A stretch of 62,521 nucleotides of DNA from a virus (taxonomy: Duplodnaviria; Caudoviricetes): positions 1 through 62,521 of the IMG/VR virus record IMGVR_UViG_3300044691_000265. One strand, written 5' to 3'. The notes under the pieces were generated by a model. The model saw only the letters and a program-made list of their open reading frames with translations. It had not been told where the DNA came from and did no database searches. Shown here in pieces: positions 16,972 to 26,076 of this stretch. A program made the position numbers and the translations under genes. Numbering within the stretch: position 1 is the first letter of the stretch; each line of letters starts with the position of its first letter.

Positions 16972-17430
16972 ATGGCACCACCACAGCAGGTGACGGCGCT
17001 GCGCAAGACCAAGCGAAAATACACCCGGCGCCGGACCGCCCACGAACTGGAAGAACGCGCGACGATCTACCAATTCCTCGGCCGGCGCCTGCGGTTTTTG
17101 CGCGAAACCGAGGCAAGACTATCGCAGGGCGAACTCGGCGCCCGGATCGGCGTCAGTTTTCAACAGGTGCAGAAGTACGAAAGCGGCGCCAACAAGATCT
17201 CGATCGACACGCTGCTGCTGTTCGCCAAACTGATCGGCCGCGATCTGAATTATCTGCTCGACGGCATCGGATCGATCGCGCTGTCGGTCGAAGCGCTACC
17301 GCAGGACGACGCCAGCACCGTGCAAGAGGCGTTGAAACTGGTAAAGATGTTTTCTAGTGTTAAGGATAAGGACATTCGCGATGCAATCATGAGGTTCATG
17401 AAGAGCCTCAGCCATGACCCGCAACTGTGA
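16972..17430 (+). CDS. XRE-family HTH regulator
   Basis: LSQGELGARIGVSFQQVQKYESGANKIS. Confidence 0.9.
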   Translation: MAPPQQVTALRKTKRKYTRRRTAHELEERATIYQFLGRRLRFLRETEARLSQGELGARIGVSFQQVQKYESGANKISIDTLLLFAKLIGRDLNYLLDGIGSIALSVEALPQDDASTVQEALKLVKMFSSVKDKDIRDAIMRFMKSLSHDPQL

Positions 17431-17442
17431 GGGATTAACACC

Positions 17443-18417
17443 ATGACCGCACTGCGACGCTCGGCGACGACCGGCACATCTTCCCCGAATGATGAATATC
17501 TGCACGAGACCGATCCGCGGGCCTGGATCGACCACCACATCGCCAAGGCGGCAGCGGCCGGTCGCCCGCATGCCGTCTGCGTCCGGGTCGATCCGGCGCT
17601 GATGGCGGCGCTGCTGGAACGCAACCCGGAGCACTGGAACCGCAAACTGAGCACGAAGCTCGTCAGCCGCTGGGAAAATGTGATGCGGGACGACGCCTGG
17701 GAACTGAACGGCGAAACCGTGATCGTCGCCAAGACCGGCGAATTGAACAACGGCCAGCACCGGCTGACCGCTGGCATCCGCGCCGGCAAGCCGTTCGAGA
17801 CCTTCATCGTCTTCGGCATCGAGCGCGCGACCCGCGGATCGCTCGACCAGGGCAAGCGCCGCACGCTCGCCGACCATCTGACCATGAGCGGGTACACCAA
17901 CGTCACCATGCGCTCTAGCGCGGCGGCTGTGGTCATCGGTGTGCTGACCCGGCACGTCAATATGCTGGGCCATGGCCATATCACGCCGAACCAGGTGCTG
18001 GCTGCCCAGCAAGATCATCCCCATCTGATGGACGCGAGCGGCACCGCCCACCGCGTTCAGATGGCCTTCAAGGTCTCGGCCGCCGTGGTCATCGGCCTGC
18101 ATTATCTGTTCTCCCGGCGCAGCGAGGCCGGCGCCGACCTGTTCTTCCAGCACGCGCTGTACGGCTCCGGCATCACGGCCAAGGATGATCCGATCAACCG
18201 CCTGCAGGTGTTCCTGCGCGACCATGGCATGCGTCACCAGCGCAAGTCGCGCGCCGAACTGGTCGCGTGCACGATCAAATCGTGGAACCATTATTGGCGC
18301 GGCGAGCGCTGCGGCCCGCTGTTCTGGCGCGTCGTCGGGCGGGACGAGCCGCTGCCGATGATCGACGAGTGGGGCGAGTTCCAGGAAGCCATGCTGCAGA
18401 AGGCGCTCCGGAAATGA
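17443..18417 (+). CDS. ParB-N-like phage protein
   Basis: NR...W...NGETVIVAKTGELNNGQHRL...DQGKRRT (DGQHR-like motif). Confidence 0.65.
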   Translation: MTALRRSATTGTSSPNDEYLHETDPRAWIDHHIAKAAAAGRPHAVCVRVDPALMAALLERNPEHWNRKLSTKLVSRWENVMRDDAWELNGETVIVAKTGELNNGQHRLTAGIRAGKPFETFIVFGIERATRGSLDQGKRRTLADHLTMSGYTNVTMRSSAAAVVIGVLTRHVNMLGHGHITPNQVLAAQQDHPHLMDASGTAHRVQMAFKVSAAVVIGLHYLFSRRSEAGADLFFQHALYGSGITAKDDPINRLQVFLRDHGMRHQRKSRAELVACTIKSWNHYWRGERCGPLFWRVVGRDEPLPMIDEWGEFQEAMLQKALRK

Positions 18418-18665
18418 TCCCGCTCAAGATCGACGGGCTGTGGGCCTGGATCGCGACCGAGGATGACGGTCAGGAAGGCGTGCTGGGCCAGGCGACCAGG
18501 ATCGGCTGGCTGCCGCTGATCGGCGCCGACAAGGATCGCATCGAATCCTACCGCGACATCGCGCAGGGCATTGCCTATCTCGGCACCCATGTGCAGCTCG
18601 TCCAATTCACCACCCGGACCGATCTCGAAACCCTCACCACGACAGCCAAGGAGCACGCGTCATGA
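18414..18665 (+). CDS. Hypothetical protein
   Basis: ATGA-coupled ORF. Confidence 0.7.
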   Translation: MIPLKIDGLWAWIATEDDGQEGVLGQATRIGWLPLIGADKDRIESYRDIAQGIAYLGTHVQLVQFTTRTDLETLTTTAKEHAS

Positions 18666-19099
18666 ACTCGTCGACGATCATCTTTCTGATCAACGATCAC
18701 GCCAGGGCGCTGCTGGCGACTTACGAGGTCGACGCGGAAGGTCGGCCGGCGCCGCGCACGATCTTCAAGACGCTCGATCCTTACATCAAGGTCGGCGATT
18801 TCGTCATCGTGCCGACCGACACCCGCCATTTGATGACGGTGTGCAAGGTCGTCGAGGTCGATCACGATCTGGATATGGATACCCAGAGCGACATCAAATG
18901 GATCATCAGCAAGGTCGACACCACGGCCTACGAGCAGATCCGCGCCCAGGAAGCCGTTGCCATCGCCACCGTCAAGTCGGCCGAGAAGGCGAAGAAGCGG
19001 GCCGATCTGCGCGCGTCCGTGCTGCTCGACAGTGCCGCGGCGATCAAGGCGCTGCCGATCTCGGCGTTCGATGGCGAGGTGGCTGTCAAGACCGAATAG
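18662..19099 (+). CDS. Hypothetical phage protein (possible SH3/KOW-like domain plus helix)
   Basis: IKVGDFVIVPT...VVEVD...KWIISKVD; AGGAG RBS. Confidence 0.75.
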   Translation: MNSSTIIFLINDHARALLATYEVDAEGRPAPRTIFKTLDPYIKVGDFVIVPTDTRHLMTVCKVVEVDHDLDMDTQSDIKWIISKVDTTAYEQIRAQEAVAIATVKSAEKAKKRADLRASVLLDSAAAIKALPISAFDGEVAVKTE

Positions 19100-19102
19100 G
19101 AA

Positions 19103-19403
19103 CTCGTGGCTGTGACCTTCTGCCCTTGGTCACTAGAGGAGCAGCCACCCCGAATAGCATGCGCTATTCGGGTGACTCGCAAAGAGTCGGAACGAGCCGG
19201 GTGGAAGCGCCGACCCCGTGGTGTCTGAGGGTGTAGGGGTCGGCAGGGAAGCCCGACGAATTCGAGATTGACCGTGACCTGGTGCCCCGTCCCACAGGAG
19301 CGGTCAATATCGCGCCATGCGGCGCAGCCGACAATACACACTCGGAATATTGTCGGCTTGCTCGGACGGCGGGGATCGTGGGATAGGGCGAAGATCCCCG
19401 CCG
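19103..19403 (+). ncRNA. Highly structured intergenic RNA with two loop-loop pseudoknots; class unknown
   Basis: About nine helices of 5-11 bp with complementary loops (19224-33 with 19337-46; 19284-94 with 19379-89); G-U wobbles favour the + strand. Confidence 0.7.
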
Positions 19404-19423
19404 GATGTGCCAGGGAGACCAGG

Positions 19424-19573
19424 ATGGCGAGTTGTCCCAAATGTGCGCGCCGCCGCATCCGCAAGAGCCGTGATGGCCTGCGCTGGTGCCGGCGCTGCGG
19501 CTGCCTGCCGAATCAGAGGAAACTGCTGCGCGACGGCACGAAACGCCCGCCGGCCGAGGGAGAAAAACCATGA
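19424..19573 (+). CDS. Small zinc-ribbon protein
   Basis: CPKC...WCRRCG; GGAG RBS. Confidence 0.6.
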   Translation: MASCPKCARRRIRKSRDGLRWCRRCGCLPNQRKLLRDGTKRPPAEGEKP

Positions 19574-19863
19574 ACTGGGACACCATCATCGGTTGGACCG
19601 GATGCGCGATCACGATCGGCATCACCGGAGCAACTATCTTCAAAAGCGTCCAGTTCGATCGCTGGCATAAGCGGCATATGGCCGAGGTCGACGTGTTGCT
19701 GCGCGAACTGCGGGCGTTCGATGCGCGGATCGACAGCCACCGGCTGCGCTTCGCGCTCTTTGCCGCGATGGCGTCATCCGATGTCAGTGACGACGCCAAG
19801 AACGTGATCTCGACGGCGCTGGCGATGGCCGGCTCGGTGGATGTGGATATGGGCCATGCGTGA
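19570..19863 (+). CDS. Hypothetical membrane-anchored protein
   Basis: ATGA coupling; N-terminal hydrophobic stretch. Confidence 0.6.
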   Translation: MNWDTIIGWTGCAITIGITGATIFKSVQFDRWHKRHMAEVDVLLRELRAFDARIDSHRLRFALFAAMASSDVSDDAKNVISTALAMAGSVDVDMGHA

Positions 19864-19875
19864 TTGACGAACTGA

Positions 19876-19904
19876 TTGACGACCGGGTTCCATGTCACTA
19901 GTTT
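19876..19904 (+). promoter_or_regulatory. Sigma70-like promoter for the HTH-xis-int genes
   Basis: TTGACG-N17-TAGTTT; TGATTGACGA direct repeat (19861, 19873). Confidence 0.55.
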
Positions 19905-19947
19905 ATGGACATGAGCGACGGACTGGCCGTTGCCGTTGGAGACCGAA

Positions 19948-20217
19948 ATGAATGACGAACTCATGCGCCCAGAGGAACTGCGCGAAACATTGGCCGCGTT
20001 GCATTGGAAACCAACAGCCCTGTCCCGGATGCTCGGCTGTGTCCCTCGAACGGTCCAGCGCTGGCTTCGTGGCAAGTACACCGTCCCGAACGACGTCGCA
20101 GTCTGGTTGCGTCGGCTCGGTCATCTTCACGCCGGGCGCCCGGCGCCTGACAGTTGGCGCGGTCAGTCCGTCAAGATTGACCGGGCCAAACACCCCGCCC
20201 GCGATCCCAAGGAATGA
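19948..20217 (+). CDS. HTH DNA-binding protein
   Basis: LHWKPTALSRMLGCVPRTVQRWLRG. Confidence 0.75.
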   Translation: MNDELMRPEELRETLAALHWKPTALSRMLGCVPRTVQRWLRGKYTVPNDVAVWLRRLGHLHAGRPAPDSWRGQSVKIDRAKHPARDPKE

Positions 20218-20516
20218 CCGGGCCCGGTGTGCCGCCGCAGGTGATGCAGCCGCGCTTCCTCAGCCGCAAACTGGCCGCGGCCTGGGCCGGGGTCAGCGTC
20301 GCGACCTGGGACCAGGAAGTCGCGGCCGGCAAATGGCCGGCGGGCGAGCCCCGTGGTGCGAAGGGCGGCAAGCTGACCTGGGACATCAAGAAGCTCGAAG
20401 CGCGGGCCGACGGAAGCCCCGGACCTGGGGGACCGGTCGATGACTATGAAGTGGCAAGGGCCAAAGCTGCCGCCCGGCGTCAGCGCGACGCCGGGCAAGC
20501 CAAAGGCCGACGGTAG
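20214..20516 (+). CDS. xis: Excisionase / AlpA-like protein
   Basis: PRFLSRKLAAAWAGVSVATWD...GKWP; overlaps the integrase start. Confidence 0.7.
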   Translation: MTGPGVPPQVMQPRFLSRKLAAAWAGVSVATWDQEVAAGKWPAGEPRGAKGGKLTWDIKKLEARADGSPGPGGPVDDYEVARAKAAARRQRDAGQAKGRR

Positions 20517-21606
20517 CGTCAGTTGGTATTTCTATTACAAGCCGACCAAGACCAAGCTGCTGCAGACGCCGGGCACCCCGGCGTTCGAGCGCGAGGTCCA
20601 GCGCGCGGCCGGTGCCGGCGCCGAGCCGGTCGTCAAGGTCGAGACCTTGAGCGACATTTGCGACGGCTTCGAGAAGTCGGTCGAGCATAAGCGCTGCGAG
20701 CCCTACACCCGCCTGACCCGCGAACGGGTGCTGGAGAAGATCCGCTTCCGCTGGGGCGAGTACACGGCGGCGCAACTGTCCGACCGCCGGTTCCGCGGCG
20801 AGATCAAGGAATGGCGCGACACGATGTTCGACACGCCGAACATGGCCGACAAGTCGGTGCAGACGCTGCAGCGCGTGATGTGGTGGGCCTACGACGGCGG
20901 CAAGATCCAGTACGACCATTCGAAGAAGATCGGGCGCTTGTCGGCGAAGCAGCCGCGGGCTGAAAAGGTCGTGACGCCCGAGCAGGAAGTCGCCCTGCTT
21001 GCCTGCGCCACGCCGGCCGACCGGCGGTTCTACCTGCTGGCGCGCTACACGGCACTGCGCGAAAGCGACCTGTGCATCCTCAAATGGTCGGACATCGGTG
21101 CCGACGGCTTCATCGAATGGCTGCACAGCAAGACCAAGAAGACGACCAAGGCCCGCAGCTACTACGCCCCGTTCGCGCTGCCGCCGCTCCGAGCCCTGCT
21201 CGACGAGATGCCGCGCTTCAGCATCTATCCGTCGAACGAGCCGTCGGACCTGATCCTGTCGACCGACACCGGCCGCGCCTTGACGCCGAAGAACCTCAAG
21301 TACCGCTGGGCCGCCTGGTGCGCGCGGGCGCAGGCGCTGAACCCGACGCTCGATTTCAGCGACATCCATTTCCACGATCTGCGCCGCACCACGAACCAGG
21401 ATCTGTTGAACGCCGGCTGCACCAACGCCGAGGCGGCCAGCATCACCGGCCATCGGGTCTCGGACAGTGCCGATGGCGCGGGCGGCTCGTTCGAGATCTA
21501 CGCCAGCCGCAGCCGCGCACTGGGCGAGGCCGCCTACCGCAAATGGGCGAGCCGGCTGGTCGCCGCCAGCACCGACAAAAAAGTCGTTCCGTTCCGTTCT
21601 TCCTGA
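20440..21606 (+). CDS. int: Tyrosine recombinase / integrase
   Basis: RYTALRESD, HFHDLRRT, ITGH and downstream Tyr (EIYA). Confidence 0.92.
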   Translation: MTMKWQGPKLPPGVSATPGKPKADGSVSWYFYYKPTKTKLLQTPGTPAFEREVQRAAGAGAEPVVKVETLSDICDGFEKSVEHKRCEPYTRLTRERVLEKIRFRWGEYTAAQLSDRRFRGEIKEWRDTMFDTPNMADKSVQTLQRVMWWAYDGGKIQYDHSKKIGRLSAKQPRAEKVVTPEQEVALLACATPADRRFYLLARYTALRESDLCILKWSDIGADGFIEWLHSKTKKTTKARSYYAPFALPPLRALLDEMPRFSIYPSNEPSDLILSTDTGRALTPKNLKYRWAAWCARAQALNPTLDFSDIHFHDLRRTTNQDLLNAGCTNAEAASITGHRVSDSADGAGGSFEIYASRSRALGEAAYRKWASRLVAASTDKKVVPFRSS

Positions 21607-21607
21607 C

Positions 21608-21778
21608 AGTTGGAAAAACGCTTCCAACTCGCTTCCAACTAAACGCGCAAACCCGCGGAAACCCTCGACTTGGATTTGCACATGATGCAGGTCGAAACTG
21701 GCGGTTTCTGCGGGGTTTTTCGTAGAGTTGGAAAAAACTGCCCCATAGTTGCCAACTGTCTTATTTGCCGGTCCAACT
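21608..21778. other. Candidate attP
   Basis: Multiple TCCAACT/AGTTGGA arm-type repeats on both sides of a central imperfect palindrome, directly after int. Confidence 0.6.
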
Positions 21779-21919
21779 TTTGGGACATAACATCAGTGTT
21801 TTATAGACCACCATCGAGCTTGACGGAAACAGCATCCGGGCGCTCGATTGTCGGTGGAATTACAGCCGAAGGGAGGTGATCCCTATCCCGCCGACACACG
21901 ACTTCGGGCACATAAGAGT

Positions 21920-21952
21920 AAGCCCCGCCAGAGCGATCCGGCGGGGCTTTTC
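21920..21952. terminator. Rho-independent terminator between convergent operons
   Basis: AAGCCCCGCC / GGCGGGGCTT stem followed by a T run. Confidence 0.75.
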
Positions 21953-21971
21953 ACATCAGGGCCGGGTCGTC

Positions 21972-22280
21972 CTAAACCGGCGCGAACGTCGCGTTGGCGG
22001 TATCGAACGTGACGGCGGTCGCCACACCGGCAACGGTGACCGTGACGACCAGCTCGGCCGTGATGGTGCCGTTGGTGTAGGTGATGGTCGCGGTCCCCTC
22101 GGCGACGGACGTGATCGCGATCGACGTGTCGTCGACGGCGAGGGTAACGGTAACGATGGCCGGATTATCCACAGCGACGGTCCCTCCGGTCGGTGCCGGC
22201 ACGACGGTGCCCGCGGCATCGGTGAACTTGAGCGGCACGGTCGCGATCGTGCTGAGCGGGGTCGAAAAAGACTGAGACAT
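21972..22280 (-). CDS. Ig-like beta-rich protein
   Basis: T/V-rich; VDNPAIVTV...ITSVAEGTATIT resembles Big-type domains. Confidence 0.6.
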   Translation of the reverse strand: MSQSFSTPLSTIATVPLKFTDAAGTVVPAPTGGTVAVDNPAIVTVTLAVDDTSIAITSVAEGTATITYTNGTITAELVVTVTVAGVATAVTFDTANATFAPV

Positions 22281-22347
22281 GGGTACACCCTTCCTGATGA
22301 TGATCCTGATCGACACCGGCTTTCCCCGGTGCCACCAGGCGAGCCAT

Positions 22348-22548
22348 TCACGCTTCAAGTTGCGCCGCCTTCGCCGCGGCCTGATCGCCCAGCGCCTTCG
22401 AGACGCTGTCGAGCAACCTGATCTGGTCGGCGGTAATTTGTTCGCCGCTCAAGATTTGTTCGATCACCGGCAGAACCGCTTCCACGTCGGCGCTCAATTC
22501 CGGAACCAGGGCGATCAGTGAACTGATGATCTGCAGGATGGACAGCAT
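22348..22548 (-). CDS. Small lysis-region protein
   Basis: Hydrophobic N-terminus; coupled to the lipoprotein gene. Confidence 0.6.
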   Translation of the reverse strand: MLSILQIISSLIALVPELSADVEAVLPVIEQILSGEQITADQIRLLDSVSKALGDQAAAKAAQLEA

Positions 22549-22883
22549 CACGGCGTTCCTTTCATCAGGCCCTTGGCGGCCATATAAGCCGAAAACTGAG
22601 TCAGTTCGTCGGTCGCGACCGTGAGCGCCGCCGCATCGACGTTGCCGCCGGTCTCGGCTGCGGTGACCAGCGGTGCCAGATCGGTCGCGGCCCGGACCCG
22701 ATAGGTCTCGATCTGCCGCACGACGGCGACATCGGCCTTGCCGGAGTTCTCATAGATGATCTCGGCCGACACGGCGGCGGCGTAGGCCGATTGCAGCCCC
22801 GCCACGGTGTTGACCGCGTTCGGCTGGCCGTTGACACAGCCGGCGAGCAGCAAGGCCCCTGCCAGCGCTCCGGCGCGCGTCAC
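22548..22883 (-). CDS. Lipoprotein (possible spanin)
   Basis: LLLAGC lipobox; lies in the lysis cassette. Confidence 0.65.
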   Translation of the reverse strand: MTRAGALAGALLLAGCVNGQPNAVNTVAGLQSAYAAAVSAEIIYENSGKADVAVVRQIETYRVRAATDLAPLVTAAETGGNVDAAALTVATDELTQFSAYMAAKGLMKGTP

Positions 22884-23188
22884 TGCGGCTGTCCCGTCAC
22901 GATCGTGGTCGACGGTGCCTTCTGCAGGGCGGCGGCGAGCGTTTCGGCATCGGTGACGACCGTCTGCACGGTCGGGTTGGCCGGATACATGATCTTGGCC
23001 GCGCCGAGCACCGCTAGCACGATCGGGATGAGCGCGGTCCAGACATTGGCCGGCAGCAGGGTCTGAATGAACGGGGCGGCGGCGATCAGCACAGCACCTT
23101 CCGCCGACGAGAATTCCTTTAGCCGATCGAGCAGGCTATAGGGCGTCACCGTCGGCGCCGCCGCGGGAGCAACCGGAACGTCAGGCAT
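22880..23188 (-). CDS. Putative holin
   Basis: Two hydrophobic helices; next to the endolysin gene. Confidence 0.6.
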   Translation of the reverse strand: MPDVPVAPAAAPTVTPYSLLDRLKEFSSAEGAVLIAAAPFIQTLLPANVWTALIPIVLAVLGAAKIMYPANPTVQTVVTDAETLAAALQKAPSTTIVTGQPQ

Positions 23189-23642
23189 CATCCACCTTCC
23201 CTGTTTCCATGATCCGGGCCAGCGCCTCGCACCGGGCCGGCGTCTCCTTGTGCCAATCGGATTTCAGCATCTCGGCCGCGGCCTTGGCGTAATTGCCGAA
23301 CCGGCAGCACGAGATCATGTTGATGAAGCCGAGCAGCCCGGCCAGCCCGAGCTGGAACGCCATCTCGACCAGCGCGCCCTGGCGGATGCCATCGAGCGTG
23401 GCGAACCAAGTGAACACACGGCCGACGTGGTCTTCGGCCTCGGCCATATCCGCATCCAGCCACGCCATCGCCTGCTCGGTCGTAATATCCGGGAACCCGG
23501 CGAGCGGCACATGCTTGACCGGGCTCAGCAGATGGCCGGCGCCTTGGGTGGCATAGCCCTCGCTGTCGTAATAGGCCGCGAGCCGCACGCCTTCGTGCAG
23601 GATCAACCGCGCCCGCAAGATCGAGAGGCTGGTGGCGTCCAT
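23181..23642 (-). CDS. Endolysin, GH24 (T4-lysozyme-like)
   Basis: HEGVRLAAYYDSEGYATQGAGH (E-x8-D-x5-T) and SDWHKETPARC. Confidence 0.9.
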   Translation of the reverse strand: MDATSLSILRARLILHEGVRLAAYYDSEGYATQGAGHLLSPVKHVPLAGFPDITTEQAMAWLDADMAEAEDHVGRVFTWFATLDGIRQGALVEMAFQLGLAGLLGFINMISCCRFGNYAKAAAEMLKSDWHKETPARCEALARIMETGKVDDA

Positions 23643-23652
23643 CAGATCACCA

Positions 23653-23883
23653 TCACCTTTTCTCCGGCGACGGCGCTGCCGACTTCAACTTCTCGATTTC
23701 CGCGTTCAGCCGGGCAATCTCGTCTCTCGCCGCCATCAGCGCCGCCTGCATCTGCATCGAATTATTGATTTCCACCGTCAGGCGCTGGGACAGCACCGTC
23801 TGGCTATAGTCCGGCGGCTTTGGCGCGTCGTCGGCCATAGCGAGACCGGGCAGAAGCAAAAGAGCGGGAAGTAGGTATTTCAC
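23653..23883 (-). CDS. Signal-peptide coiled-coil protein
   Basis: (M)KYLLPALLLLPGLAMA|DD followed by a coiled coil. Confidence 0.7.
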   Translation of the reverse strand: MKYLLPALLLLPGLAMADDAPKPPDYSQTVLSQRLTVEINNSMQMQAALMAARDEIARLNAEIEKLKSAAPSPEKR

Positions 23884-23903
23884 ATCGACATCCTTCTGGA
23901 ACA

Positions 23904-26069
23904 TCAACAGCCGCCGGGTGCGTGGGTGTAGAGCGCGCCCGCGTTGTTGACGCAGACGGCCAGATTGCCGCCCCCGCCAAGATTCGAGAGTGTGACGACG
24001 CCGTTGCTGCGCTGGACGGTCAGATAGCTTCCCAAGAACGTCCCGGCATCGTTGAACCCGATGACCGCGAAGTTCGAGCCGGCGTTGCTGCCGGTCTCTG
24101 CCGAACTGTCAATACCGACGCTAATGCGCGCCGCTTGGTTGGTGGCGAAAGTCTCTGACCGGAACGTGCCGGCCGCCCCCGTGATCATGCCGCCGGTTGC
24201 TAATTCTGCACCGGCACCAGTCACGCCCCACAGCACCGTGTCGGCCGCCCCGTTCGCGCCGCCGTTGGTCACCGCGAAGTCATACGAGTTGGCATGCCCG
24301 CCGATCGACCCGTCGGTGCGGAAGCCATAGAACGGGATGGCGGCGAATCCGATCGGTCGCCACAGGAAAGCGGTGTTGGTGGCACCATAGGACAGGAATG
24401 AATAGGCTTGGTTGCCTCGGGCCTGATAGCAAGACTGCGCGGTTAGTGTGATACCGGCGCAGTCGAAGCCGACGCCACCCTCGTCAACTGTCGGCAGGGC
24501 GGAATAGGTGACTGAGCCGGTGCCGGTCGCTTTAGCATTAAGCGTCACTATCCCGTCCACGACATCGACCGACAGGATTGTGGTGCCAACCGGGACGCCG
24601 GAATTTGCTATGACGTAGAGGCCGGGGCGCAGTCGGGATGCGTTCGTAACACTGGTCAGCGTGTACGAGCCCGTCGTGGCCGTTGCGGTTCCAGTAGTCA
24701 GCAGCGGCGCAAATGCCGAGGCGTTGTTCGCGATGTCGACCTCGGCCACGACGCCGTGATTCATCTGCGAGCCGGCCGAGATGGTCAGCGTCGCGCCCGT
24801 CGCGTTGCCGGTCGCGGCCTGCGAAACGGTTATGGTGTTTGCCGTATGCTGGGCGATATAAGTGCCGGCGGGGAATAGGGCATTTGACGACAGGAATTGG
24901 CCGTTGTCATAAACACCCGCCGTAGACGCGATCGAACTGATCGTCCGCGAGCCCGACGAAATATTTCCCGTCGTCGTGAAACTGTTCAAGAACAGTTCGG
25001 GTATCATCCCCCAAGCCTTGTCCTGGGGGTTCAAATATGCCTGCGAGCCAGCCGGCGTGCCTGCGGGATTGCTGGCACCAGCATTGATTTGAAACCAGCC
25101 AGACACGGTGATTGCGGTGATGTTGTTCGACCCGTCCGCGGTCCAACTGGTGATCTGGCCGTTGAAGGGCGGGATGTCGCTCGACCGAATCCATTCGCCG
25201 ACTGCGGCGAACGTCTGCCCGGTCTGCGGGATCGGCGCGGTCGGCGTGAAGGTGGTCGGCGTGAAGGTGCCGGGGCCGCTCCATGGTACGGGTTGCGTGT
25301 CGGCACTGACGCAGAGGCCCGCCATGCCGTTCTCGTAATAGGTCGACACCTGACCCGGTGCCGTGTAACCGGAGATGCAGCCTGGGCGATCGGCGCCAAC
25401 CGCGAAGTTGGCCGCCATGGTGGTGTTGAGGTCGCCGTATGGCTTGGAATTGGTGACCGAGATCGGCCCGGTCGACGAATAGAGCGCGTTCGTCGCGAGC
25501 GGGCTCGTGTTGTAGTAGCCGATCCCGCCGATGCCAAAGAGCCAGCTCGGAAAGGGACCGGCATAGGGGTTTGTCGTGCCTTGGGGGCCGATATAGACCG
25601 CTTGGTTGATCAGGCTTTGTCCGCAGTCTTTGAGCAGCGTGCCGAGCGTGTTGTTCCAGCATGCGAGATTGCCGACGCCTGCACTACCCGGCCCGACGAT
25701 GCCGCTGATCACGAACGGGAACTGGTAGATCTGCCCGTTGATGTTGAGATCCAACGGCACCGTTGCGGCACCATTGTAGCTGTTCAAGCTGATGAAGCCG
25801 TTGCCATTCAGCGACACGCCCTCGCACAATTGGACTCTGGGATTGGCCGGATTGGGGTCACTGGAGATGCAGAACGGCAGGCCGCCGTTCTTACTGATCC
25901 CAAGTTCGGTGAGATTGCCGGCCGTCGCTGGGCCGGCGTCCTTGAGAATGCCCGAGGTGACCCATTGCGCGGCGTGGCCCGGTGTCACCGTGCCGGATTG
26001 CTGGATGGACTGGGCGAGCGCCGGGCCGGTGACGGCCAGCAGGGCGAGGGGGATCAGGCTGCGGCGCAT
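23904..26069 (-). CDS. Tail-fibre/spike-like protein with N-terminal signal peptide
   Basis: MRRSLIPLALLAVTGPALA|Q; G/T/S-rich beta repeats; ETGSNAGSNF motif near the C-terminus. Confidence 0.7.
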   Translation of the reverse strand: MRRSLIPLALLAVTGPALAQSIQQSGTVTPGHAAQWVTSGILKDAGPATAGNLTELGISKNGGLPFCISSDPNPANPRVQLCEGVSLNGNGFISLNSYNGAATVPLDLNINGQIYQFPFVISGIVGPGSAGVGNLACWNNTLGTLLKDCGQSLINQAVYIGPQGTTNPYAGPFPSWLFGIGGIGYYNTSPLATNALYSSTGPISVTNSKPYGDLNTTMAANFAVGADRPGCISGYTAPGQVSTYYENGMAGLCVSADTQPVPWSGPGTFTPTTFTPTAPIPQTGQTFAAVGEWIRSSDIPPFNGQITSWTADGSNNITAITVSGWFQINAGASNPAGTPAGSQAYLNPQDKAWGMIPELFLNSFTTTGNISSGSRTISSIASTAGVYDNGQFLSSNALFPAGTYIAQHTANTITVSQAATGNATGATLTISAGSQMNHGVVAEVDIANNASAFAPLLTTGTATATTGSYTLTSVTNASRLRPGLYVIANSGVPVGTTILSVDVVDGIVTLNAKATGTGSVTYSALPTVDEGGVGFDCAGITLTAQSCYQARGNQAYSFLSYGATNTAFLWRPIGFAAIPFYGFRTDGSIGGHANSYDFAVTNGGANGAADTVLWGVTGAGAELATGGMITGAAGTFRSETFATNQAARISVGIDSSAETGSNAGSNFAVIGFNDAGTFLGSYLTVQRSNGVVTLSNLGGGGNLAVCVNNAGALYTHAPGGC

Positions 26070-26076
26070 GGCGGCG

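Noticed and set aside
14519-18291. Long antisense ORFs (for example 14519-15649, 15432-16709, 17296-18291; also 20386-21681, 34006-35418, 39953-41449)
   Set aside because: Shadow ORFs of GC-rich genes on the other strand, with no motifs or RBS
19194-19256. Group II intron domain V (GAGCCGGGTG...)
   Set aside because: No matching 3' arm of a ~34-nt domain V hairpin, no GUGCG 5' end and no RT/maturase gene
21608-21778. CRISPR array
   Set aside because: Repeats are 7-11 nt, in both orientations and irregularly spaced; no cas genes
21783-21812. dif-like XerCD site
   Set aside because: Arms match poorly and the spacer is 10 nt rather than 6
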